From: Cyanophora paradoxa CCMP329
Taxonomy: Eukaryota; Plantae; Glaucophyta
DNA: 64,000 bases
Reading direction: 5' to 3'
NCBI GenBank assembly: GCA_004431415.1
Contig: QPMI01000272.1
Coordinates: 1-64,000, forward strand
The notes under the pieces were generated by a model. It saw only the letters and a list, made by a program, of their open reading frames with translations. It was not told the DNA's origin and searched no databases. Every line of letters begins with the position of its first letter. Position 1 is the first letter of the stretch. Shown here piece after piece: positions 11,301-21,816 of this stretch. The translations under genes and the position numbers were made by a program.

Positions 11301-13213
11301 GTACCCCCCTCCTTCCTTCATCTCCTGTAACGTACCCCCTGCCTCAGATCGACGCGGGCAGGATTCTGGACTTCCCCCGCCCCGATCAGGTCCGGCCCCG
11401 CCGCGCGCGCCCCCGGCGCTTCCTTTGTGTCCCAGAGTTCGATCCCGCCCGCAGGACATGCTGGCGGACGCCGTGCAGACCCTCTCCCGCACCGCCGCCG
11501 AGCGCCGCCTCAGGCCCGGCCCCCGCGCCCCGCGCCCCGCGCCCGCTCCTCGTCTGCCCCTCTGATCTCCGGCCGCGGCGCAGCGTGCACTACCCGCCCG
11601 CGGACCGGAACCCGGCGGGCCTTCCCGCCCCGCTGCTCCCCGGGGCCGACCTCCTCGTCGATGTCGTCAAGGAGGGCAAGGTGCCCCGACCCCGCCCTCT
11701 CCGCTCGCATCGCGATCTGGATTAGAGTCCGGCGACGATTAAGATTACAATGCTGTAGATGCAATTTATATTCGATCCCGGGGCCTGATTGACCGCTCAG
11801 CTGAACGACGTCGCGATTGTTGAGGCGGCGTACGAGAAGCGCGACCTCGACGCGGTACCCCCCCTTGCCCTGGATCGGCCCGATTTCGAAATGTCCCCGG
11901 CCCGACTCGAACCGCAGGCCCTCGTCGAGCGCCGCTGCGCGCGGTGCCCCCGTGTCGGCGAGCACGTTCGCCTCGCGCAGGTAGCCCGCAGCGCCGCCCC
12001 CAAAATCCCGTACCCCCTCAAACAAACGCGCACCCTTCCTCCCGCCAGCGCCGGTCGGCCCTCGCCTCGAAGCTCCGCGACATCGCGTTCCGCCTCTCGG
12101 AGCAGGTTTGGACCCCCGGGGCCCTTTCCGGCGGGACTCTCACGTCGTACCCCCCCCCCCCCCCCCCGTCAGAACCTGGCGCTGCTGCCCGACTTCAACC
12201 AGCGCCTCTCCGTCCTCACGGCGCGCCCCCCGCGGACGCGTATCCGGCCCAGCCCTCGCTCACCCGTACACCCGCAGCGCCTGGGGTACGTCGACTCGGA
12301 GAAGGCCGTCCAGCTGAAGGGCCGCGTCGCCTGCGAGATCAACAGGCGCCATCCCGTGCCCCCCGCCGCGCAGCCCCCGTACCCCCCTCTCACCGACGCC
12401 GTACCCCCTGCACCGCAGCGCGGACAGCGTCCTCGTGTCTGAGCTCATCTTCGACAACGTCCTGACGCCCCTCACCCCCCAGGAGGCGCGCCCCGCCCCG
12501 CGGCGCTTCTTCCCTTCGCTTCCCGCCTCCGCAGCTGACGCGCCGGCGCGACAACGACAACGGCAGGCGGTGGCGCTGCTCTCGGTGCTGATCTGCCAGG
12601 ACAAGGGGGCGGCGGAGGACACGGTGGACGCGGTGCTGACGCCGGGGCTCGCGGCGGCGCGGGACCGCCTCTACGCCCTCGCCGCCTCGCTGGCGAACCT
12701 GCAGACGGAGTGCGGCCTGCAGACGCCCGTGGACGAGTTCGTCCGCCAGACCCTCAACCCGGGCCTGATCGAGGCGCCCCCCCCGCCCCCGCCCCGCCCC
12801 CGCCCCGCCCCTCCGGCCCCCGCGGCCCCTGAGATCTGAGGTCTGCTCCAGGTCGCGTACGAGTGGGCGCGGGGGGTGCCCTTCAAGGAGATCTGCGCCC
12901 TCACCCTCGTCCCCGAGGTCCCCCGCGCCCAGCCGAGCCGCGCCGAGCCGCCCCGCTGACGGGCCGGCCGGCAGGGCTCCATCGTGCGCACCATCGTGCG
13001 GCTCGAGGAGACCTGCAAGGAGGCGCGCCCCCCGGGGCCCGGGGCCGGCGGGGCGCGGGCGAAGCTGACGGCGGCCGGCGGGGCGGCGGGGCGGGGCAGG
13101 TGCGGAACGCGGCGCGGGTGGTGGGCGATGCGGCGCTCTACCAGAAGATGGAGCAGGCGTCGGCCGCCGTCAAGCGCGACGTCGCCTTCGCCTCCTCCCT
13201 CTACGTCGCCTAG
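6090..13213 (+). CDS. SKI2: SKI2/SKIV2L DExH-box RNA helicase (cytoplasmic exosome cofactor), about 41 introns
   Basis: Ski2 N-terminal motif RDPTT...[12 protein letters not shown]...PFAPGG; [100 protein letters not shown]; DSHCT-like end [13 protein letters not shown] (TAG 13211-13213). Confidence 0.96.
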
Positions 13214-13514
13214 CCACAGGGCCGCCCCGCTGTGACGCAGATGTGCAGTGGAAGCTCAGCGACAGGCTGCACATGCAGGCCCCACGTCCGTCGCCAATCC
13301 GCTCGAGCTCTAGATCGGTATCTGCGCGTGCGGGCAGCTGCAGGGCATGCACGTGCTCGCCGTACCCCACCAGCGGACAAAATTCCGCGGCCGGTTTTTT
13401 AGAAAGCACGCATCAAAAACAGCTGCTCCACGTCCTGCCCCCGTCGTCGGCGCGTGCGAGTGGGCGGCGAGTTGGATCCAGAGTACAAATACAAGAGGTC
13501 GCGGCGGCTGGGGG

Positions 13515-15257
13515 CTACGGGGCGGCGGGCCTCGGGGAGGCCGACGGGGTCGAGCGCCCCTCCGACGTGCACGAGACGAACCGGCGGTCGCCCGGCATGA
13601 CCGGCTTGCCTGCGCGCCGGCCGGGGGCTCGCCGGGGCGGGCCCGCAGCGACGGGGCGCGCGCACCGTCGGCGTCGACGGGCCCGTTGGGCGTCCACAGC
13701 AGGTTGCTGCCCCGCACCACCTGCCCCCCCGGGCCCCCGTGAGCGCCCCGCGGGGGGCGCGGGGCGGGCGGGGGGCCGACCTGGCCCTCCCCCTCGCCGT
13801 ACACGCCGCGCACGGGGCACGACGCCAGGCAGCCCGCCTGCGGCAGCGGGGCGGCGGGGTCGGCCCAGGGCAGAGGATGGAGGGAAGGGGGTACGGCACC
13901 ACGAGGGCAGGGTCCTCCTCGGGCGGGTCGGGCCGCACGCCGAACGACATCTGAGACGAGGCGCGGCCGCCCGCCTCAGGCGCGCGGCGGGGGCGGGGGC
14001 GGGGCGGGGCGTCGAACTCCGCGCCTGGCACTCGTACGTCTCGAAGTCCGGCGTCATTTTCAGGGGTACGCCCAGCACGTCCGTGAAGAAGCTGCGGGGG
14101 GGGGGGTACCCGTTCTTAGAGCCGGACGGCCGAGCGGCGGGGCGGCAGCAGCACCTCGTGGTGGGGAGCTTGCACCTGCGCGGCGGGGCGGGGCCCGGCA
14201 AGGGCGGCGGTAAGCGGGGCGGCGAGGGAGGGGGGAGGCTGCGGGGCCCCCGGGGGTCCGAGGCGGGCGCCCGGGCGCACATGTTGACGCAGAGGCCCTT
14301 GCAGCCCGACTCCTCCAGGAAGCTGCGGCGGTACCGCGCTCGCCGCCGGTCGGCCGGGCGGGAGGGCGGCGCGGCGCGCCGGACGCGGCGCGGCGGGCGC
14401 ACCGGCACTTCTTGATGAGGACGCCCTCGCCCCCGTCGGGCGCCTCGTTCCGCTCGCACTCGCCCACGAGCCACGAGCAGAACACGGGCGTCACCACGGC
14501 GTTCAGCCTGCCCCGCCCCCTCAAGCTCGGACGCGCGCGCTGCCGGCGGGGCCGGGCGGGGCGGGGCGGGGCGGACCGGGCGGCCCAGCGCGGGGGAGTG
14601 ACGGAGGCGATGCGGCGGGAGATGGCGGTGCCGTAGGGGGGGAAGAAGATGGAGGCGAGCATCTTCTTGACGGCCTCCCGCTGCTCCTCCGGACCCCTCT
14701 GGATCATCATGTACCGGCACTCCTCCACCAGGCCCGCGAACCCCTGCCGCCCGTCGCCCCGGCGGCGCTTCGACGTTGGAGGCGCATCGCGCACCGGTTT
14801 GTCGCTCTTCCAGCCGACGTCCGGCGCCAGCTGCTTCCGGAAAAGCCAGATGAACAGCCTGCGTGGCGGTCAGCGACTCTGCTCGAAGCTCCGCGGGCAC
14901 GCGCTCGCTGACCTGGGGAACAGGCCGTCTTCCTGTGTTGTGTAGCTTCCGGTTTCGGGGTTCGGCTGCACGCGCCACCGCTCCTCCGCCTGCGGACTCT
15001 GCTTCTCCTTCCGCGTGCGAGTGACCGAGCACTCGAACACCGGAGCCGGAGCGTCATGCGCGTGCCGAGGAGGTCGAGCGGTCCGGCGAACCGCTGGAGC
15101 GGCCGGCGGCGGGCCTGCCGACAGGCGCCAGCTGCGCGCGTGGACGTCACGCGCTCGGCCGGGAGCTTGCGGCAGGGCTCCCGCGCGGCCGGACGCACCC
15201 CAGGCTCCTCGCCGGCGGCGTCGGCGCGAAGGTGAAGCAGGCCTCCGGCTGCGGCAT
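13515..15257 (-). CDS. D27: DWARF27-like beta-carotene isomerase family protein (DUF4033), probably plastid-targeted
   Basis: Spliced motifs LNAVVTPVFCSWLVGEC, GVLIKKCRFLEESGCKGLCVNMCKLPT, FFTDVLGVPLKMTPDFETYECQMSFG, CLASC; Ser/Arg/Pro-rich leader MPQPEACFTFAP. Exact 3' end less certain. Confidence 0.88.
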
Positions 15258-15331
15258 CGCAAAGCCGCCGGATTGCACTACCCCGGCAGTTGCACAAGAC
15301 TGCCACAAGTCTGCGACGCAGTTCAGCAACC
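15258..15331. promoter_or_regulatory. Putative minimal bidirectional promoter/5'UTR region
   Basis: 74 bp between divergent ATGs at 15257 (-) and 15332 (+). Confidence 0.45.
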
Positions 15332-16381
15332 ATGCGCGAGAGCAAGAAGGATAAGCAGCTCGAGGATATGCTCGCCTTTTACGGTGCACTGCGACCGCTG
15401 CTGCGCGCCGGCAGCGCGCCGACGTCGCTAACGAGCTCTTCGGTGCCAGGCGCCTACCATTCGAATGATGTCAACAAAATAATGCACGCAATCGGAATCC
15501 CTGGCCTGCTCTTCTCGCTGATGGTCGTGCTGGCTCCTCTGAAGGTTCCGACCGCCGCCGCCCGCGGAGCCTGGCGACGGGGCGATAGCTGAAAGCGCTG
15601 CAGCCTCCAGGCGTCGACGACTTGACCGCGCCTCTCTTCGCACTGAACGGCGGGCTCGCCGTGGCCATCCTGTACTCGATCCTGTTCATCTACCTCGGTC
15701 GGCGCCGCCCCGACGCGTTCCGACGTGCGATTCAAATAACTGAGCGGTCCGAGTGCAGAAACGGTCGCGGGCTGCTGCGCGGCGGCCGTCCTGCTCGCGA
15801 TCTGGGTTGGCGCGAACTACTTCGCGCTCGCGGTCAAGGACGCGTGGATGTGGGTGAGCGCTGGCCTCCTCGGAATCTGTAGCGCGTTTGCTTACCCTCA
15901 CGCGACAGGCGATCGGCATCCACGTGCGCTTGCGCCCCGCCGGCTCCGCGAGTGCGCGCCCCGCCCCCGCCGCTCACGGCCTCCGCAGGTCCTGTGCTGG
16001 GTCCTCCAGTTCGTCGGCCACGGCGTCTTCGAGAGTGCGCGCGCGCATCCGAACTCATCGCCGCTCGCGCCTGACGCCGCCCCGCAGAGCGCCGCCCGGC
16101 ACTGCTGGACAGGTGCCGCCCTCAAATTTGATCCTGGGCGCCCCGCCGCGCCCGCCGACGCGGCCGCGCAGCCTCGTGCAGGCGTTCGCAACGGCGCCGT
16201 TCTTCATTTGCCTCGAGGGCCTCTTCCTGGTGCGCGCAGTCGCCCACCCGCCGCGCCCGCCGCGCCGCCGGGGGCCGACGCGGGGGCGCAGCTGGGCTAC
16301 CGGCCGCAGCTGCGGAGGAAGGTCTTCACGCGCTCTGCGGCGAAGATCAAGGGCTTCCAGGAGAAGAAGCGCGCCGCGTAG
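15332..16381 (+). CDS. MPO1: Mpo1/DUF962 family membrane protein (2-hydroxy fatty acid dioxygenase-like)
   Basis: LAFYGAYHSNDVNKIMHAIGIP, VLCWVLQFVGHGVFE, LVQAFATAPFFICLEGLF, LGYRPQL; stop TAG 16379-16381. Confidence 0.88.
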
Positions 16382-16480
16382 CCCCCGCCCGAGCCCCACG
16401 CGCCCGCCCTCTGGATCCAGCACCTCGGAACCCGTTCATTCTCACAGCGCGCGCGATGGGGCGAGAAGCGGGGCGGGGGG

Positions 16481-18783
16481 CTAGAACTTCTTGCGGTAGA
16501 AGGAGGCGAGGCCCTCGCTGGTCTTCTCGTGCCAGTCCTCCTGCGGGAAGTGCCCGCACTCCCCGATCTGGCCCCCGCGCGCCCCAGATCGGATCGGATG
16601 AGACCGGGGCGGGGGGCCCCGGCGGGCGGGGCGCGCACGGCAACGAGGTCGGCGGAGGGGAGGACGCTCTTGCGGAAGGCCTCCAGGGCCGCCGCCGGCA
16701 CGTACTTGTCCGACGCGCCCCTTCAGACTCCAGGCGTCGGCCGGGCGGCGCGGCGGGCGGGAGGGAGGGCGGGGGGGGCGGGGGGCACCAGACGAGGCGG
16801 GCGGGCCCGGCGTAGGAGGGGAGCTCCTTCTCGATGCGGGCGAGGCGGCTCTTGAGGTCCAGCTTCCGCACCGTCGCCAGCAGCGCGAACCTGCGCCCCC
16901 GCCCGGCTCAGGAGGCGGGGCGGGGCGGGCCGGGCGGGCGGGGCGGACCCGGCGTCGGAGGAGGAGAGGTAGGGGCGGCGGTAGACGTCGCACGCCTCGG
17001 GGGGGATCACGTACGGCCCGCCCGCCTCCAGCGTCCCTGGGCCGCACCCCCTCGGGCCCCGCCCGCCCCGTCCCGCGGCGCGGCGCGCGGCGCGCGGGCG
17101 CACGCTCGACGCTCATGACGTCCTGGGAGATGAACTACGGCGGCGGGTCGCCGGTCGGCGGGGCGGCGTGGCGCGTGCGGGGGCACGGCACCTCGCCGAC
17201 GACGGGGAGGGCCATCTGGGCGAGCTTGCCGGGCAGCCTGCGCCGCGTGAGGGGCCGGCCGCGGGGCGCCGCGGGGGGCGCACTTGGCGGAGGAGGGCCC
17301 GAGGGGCGAGTTGAGGATCGCGAGGCTCGCCACGCGGTCCGGGTGCGCGATCGCGTACTCCATCCCTGTACCCCCCGTCAGGCGGCGGCGGGGGCGGGCC
17401 CGGGGCGGGCCCGGGGCGCGGGCACCGAGGGGCCCGCCGAGGAAGCCCTGCACGACGAGGTGGAACTGGCCCTCGACGCCCACCGCCGCCAGGAAGTCCT
17501 CCAGCGAACGAAGGAACGACTGCGGAGGGGGGTACCGCGTCAATCGGGCGCGAGCAGGGGCGGTGTAGGAGCGGCGGGTCGGGGCGCGCCTTGGGCGTGT
17601 AATCGAAGCCGTAGCCGTCCTGGGGCTTGTCGCTGAAGCCGAACCCCACCTGCGGGGGCGCTAAGCCGGGGTACGCGGTGCCCGGCGGGGGTACGGGCGC
17701 ACAAGGTCGGGGGCGATGGTGCGGTGGCCGACGCGGGCGAGGGCCGGCAGCACGTCGCGGAAGCTGTAGCTCTGCCGGGGCGGCGTCGGGCGGGGTACGG
17801 GATTCTCCGGGGACGGGCGGGGCACCTGGGAGGGGAGGCCGTGGAGGAGCACGACGGGCAGCTGCTGGTTCGCCTCCTGCGGGGGGTACGCTCGAAAGGG
17901 CGGAAGGGGGAGAAGCAGGGCGGGGGCAGGCCGACGGGGGCGGCTAGCTGGCCCATGGGGGCCCGGGGCAGGGGCGGGGCGCCGGGGCACGCCGGCGGGG
18001 GGCGCACGTGGACGGGTACGGCCTCGCGGTAAAAGACCTCGATCGGCTTAGGCTCCTGGCGCGGCGCGGCGTGAGGCGCCACGCGGCCCCCGCGCCGCCC
18101 GCGCCTGCAACGGGCCGGGCCGGCACCTTCGAGTCGTACACGGGGAGGGTGCAGAACTTGCCGCCCTCCATCCTGCGCGGCGATGGGGCGCTGAGCTACA
18201 AGCGGAGGTGCTCCGGGAAGCCAAACCTCGCACCCCTTCAGGCCCATCTTGCTCATGCCGCCGATGCCCTGGCGGCCGCGGCGAGGCGGGACCGGTCAGC
18301 GCGGACCCCCCAATTGCAATTCAAGTGCGCGTGCGCGCGGCGCGCAGCACGCACGCCCTTCTCGTCATTCTGGACGTAAACGAACTCCTGTTCCTGCACC
18401 GTGCGGGCGCGCTGCATCGCCTCCTCGAACCTGCGAGCGCCCGCGCGTCGGTCCGCGAGGACCGGCTTCCTAGGGGCCGCGCGGAGCGTTGCCGCAATAG
18501 CTAGCTCTTCAGCTCACCCGATGGCCTTGGCGCGGTCCGTCGCCTCGGCATCCGAGCTCTCTGCCGGCGCCTCGGCGTGCACGGCGAACCGCGGGCGGCC
18601 CTCGAAGCGCTGGGCGCCGCGCGACTGCGCCTGCACGCCGAAGAACAGCTGGCGCCCCTTCTGCACGGCAGCTGCCGCCGCGCCGCGGCTCTGCGGCTGC
18701 GAGCGCCCGGTGCGCGCAGCGATGGCAGTGGTCGGGCGCGTTGCCGCTGTGACACCGAGACCAGCTACAAAGCACGACTCCAT
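16481..18783 (-). CDS. Alpha/beta-hydrolase fold protein (haloalkane dehalogenase-like, plant plastid-type) with transit-peptide-like leader
   Basis: PVVLLHGLPSQSYSFRDVLPAL, APDLVGFGFSDKP, LVVQGFLGG, LAILNSP, VYRRPYL, GHFPQEDWHEK; leader MESCFVAGLGVTAATRP rich in Ala/Arg/Ser/Thr. Confidence 0.88.
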
Positions 18784-19474
18784 GCCGCTGCTTCCTGGAA
18801 CCGTCGCGCTAGCGCTCCTGCGTGTTATTGAGCCGCGGTTCCCGCCCCGAGTCGAACCCGCCACATAAACCTTCACGGTACTACGAGTCTACGTATACCG
18901 TAGTACGACCCCAACTCGGCTGGTGAGGCCGGCAGTTGGTAGTACAACTTGGTACCCGCCGCCGGCGCCAGCGGCCCCGCGCTTGCAATTGCGGCTTGTC
19001 GATAACGCGCAATCTGCGGCGCAAATCGTGCGCTGAGATGGATCCAGAGGGCGCGCCCGAGCGTCCTGCGAAGCGGACGACGAGGCCTAGCTATAGGGCG
19101 GAATTCGAAGCCGCGCCGGCGCCGCCTGACGCCTACGGTGAGACAGCGCGCGCGCGCGGCGCGCGCATCGATATCGATGTCGCGTGCTTTCGTGCCAATC
19201 CCGCTCATGTCCGACGGCGCGGCAGGCGGGGACACCGGACTTCAAAAAGCTGTTCTATCGACATCGAGCGTGGCGGCGGTCGCGGATGACCATATGCATG
19301 ACCAGCCGCTGGGTTCGAGCGCGCGCCATCCCGTCCGCGCGCGCCGCGCGCGCCGCCGGCCGCGGCGTCGTCATGCCGACGCCGCGCATCAATTTGTAAC
19401 TGATCACTAAGTCATAACCTACGGCAGGTTCCTCCGGGCGCGTGCCGGCATCGCTCTCGCCCGTGGCGGCGGCG

Positions 19475-21442
19475 ATGGCGGCCGGCGGGAGCCCCTTCGA
19501 CGCGCTGCCCGACGACCTCGTCGCCCACATCATCGGGCAGGCGTCAGAGATCAGCTACAAAGACCCGGACGCGCTCTTCGATGTTTCGAGCTCCGGTTTC
19601 CGCACTCGCTCCGACCAGATGCTCCGCGACGTCGTGCGGATCAGCCACGTCTCGCGCCGCTTCCGCAGCGTCGCCCGCCAGCCCGGCCTCTGGGAGCGCG
19701 TGATCGTCAGCAGCCCGAGCGATAAGCTCGCCGAGGTGCTCCTCCGCCAGTCCGGAGAGCAGAGGGAGGCGCTTCGCTCCCTGTGCCTGGCTATCAGCAG
19801 GCGCAGGCAGCTGCAGCCGCAGCCGCAGACCGAGCTCGAGGCCTCCAGCAGCTGTAGCGATGCGGATCCCCACGTCGAGAGCGTTGTCAGGCTGGGGAGG
19901 TCGTTCGGCGGGCAGCTGACTCGCCTTTACCTCAACTTCGACGGCGACGTCAACCCCGCCGTGCTTGCTGCGATCCAGCACTGCCCGCGCCTCGAGCATG
20001 TGCATCCCCGTCGACGTCCCATGCGCACGTGCTCGATCCGGATCGTTGACGGCAGTTGCGCAGCTGTCCATCTCTGGCGATGCTAGGGCTCAGTACGAGG
20101 ACGGGCCGCTGCGCCTGCACGCGCACGCGCACGGCAATGTCCAGGCGCCGGCGCTGCTGGAGCCGCTCGTTCAGGGCTCGCTTCAAGCCCTCGCGTCGCT
20201 CCCCTTGCAGTCCTTGGCACTGATCAAGTGCGCTGCACGTCCACCCCGCCCCCCGCTGCAAGCCCTCGTCTCTAACTTAATGCTCCACAGCTTGCCGATA
20301 ACGCTGGAGACGCTGCAAGCCCTTGCCCCGCTGGCCCCCACTCTTAAACGGCTCCGCTTCACCGCCGTCGTCAGTGGCGCTCATCAACTGCCTACCGTCT
20401 TCTCATCGATCGCTGTTTTCCAGCAGCTGGAGCAGCTGAAAATGGGTGCGCTCGCGTTCACGTTCGATCATTGCATCGTACCGCAGGCCTAGCTACAGGC
20501 GTTCAGACACATCGTGATCGTCGTCTTGCTTCGCAGGTTTCTTCAACGAGGCCGGCGAGCATTTCACCGCAGAACCCTTCGAGGCGGACTTGCAGCCGCT
20601 TTCGAGCCTCTCTTTCCTGCGCAGTGAGCCTTGCGAATTAATATATATTGCGCGATCGGTCATCTCGTGATCGCGATCATGATCGCACCTTCGCGCCCTC
20701 GAGCAGGCTATTATTGCACCCTGTTGGATCACTCGCACCTCGGCTTTTTGAGCGGCATGCGGCAGCTGGAGTTCGTCAGCTTCGTCATGCCGAGAGCTGC
20801 GAACATCTCTCCCCTCCTCTCCATCCCGACGCTGAGGGGAGCCATCCTCCACGTCTCTCCCGTCGCTGACGCTATCAACTCTGCCGAGATAGCGGCATTC
20901 ACTGCGACAGCTTCAAAGCTCTCCGCGCTGGAGGTGCGTGTTGATTGTAATAACATACACACATAATTGTTCGCTCGCTTCGTGGCTCTTAGTCGTACAC
21001 GCAGTATCTCGCACTAATCCTACCGCCTGAATTCTACGAGGCATTGAGTGGAGTCTCCCTGAAGCAGTGGACGCGCCTCAGGCACCTCTCCCTCAGCTGC
21101 TCCAACCTCCACGATGATGTCATCCCTGTCGCTCTCTTGAAGGTAGGCCGGCCCATTCGAGGGAGGTCACCGGGTCAACGTTTCCATTTCTCATCTTGTG
21201 CCGGTGGCCGGTGCACGTGACCGCAGCGCGTGGCGTCGGACGTGCCCTCCCTCGAGCTCCTCGACGTCCGCTCCCCGCTCGCCCTCGGCTCGGCGGGCGA
21301 CTTCGTCGCGGCCTCCTCGCTCAAGGCCCTCCCGCGCCTCCGCCGCCTCGCCTTCGAGGGCGGGGCGGCGGCCGCGCTGGACGCCACCGCGCGCGGCGTG
21401 CTCCGCGCCGCCCTCCTCCACGCCGAGGTCTCCTTCGAGTAG
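19475..21442 (+). CDS. F-box/LRR-like protein
   Basis: N-terminal F-box-like PFDALPDDLVAHII...ISHVSRRFRSVARQPGLW followed by degenerate LRR-like segments (LTRLYLN, CPRLEH, LKRLRF, LRHLSLSC, LELLDVR, LRRLAFE). Confidence 0.72.
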
Positions 21443-21816
21443 TATGCGTCCCAGATTGTCCCTTGATAAGGGCCTCCTTGTTGTTGAATTAACCAGCTTG
21501 AGGCTCTGATCATGAATTATGTATAGGTATACGTAGATGGTTCGCGATTGCGGCTCGCGATCTTGTACGTAGGGGACTTGGAGGACGCTGGCGGCCCGGC
21601 GGCTGCGTGTGCACGTGCACGCGCCGCGCCGCGCCACTCAACCCCGGGGCCAGCGTTCGGGGGGCGACTCGGCGAGGCTCCTCAGTCCCTCTTTGCGATA
21701 ATCGGATCGTGATCTAGAGCATCTCAAGCTCGGCCCCTCGAAGGCACACACGTCTCAGTGAATCAGTGACGATGAGTTAGCTGAATGACAGAGGAGGAAT
21801 GACACAGCGTCCCTGG

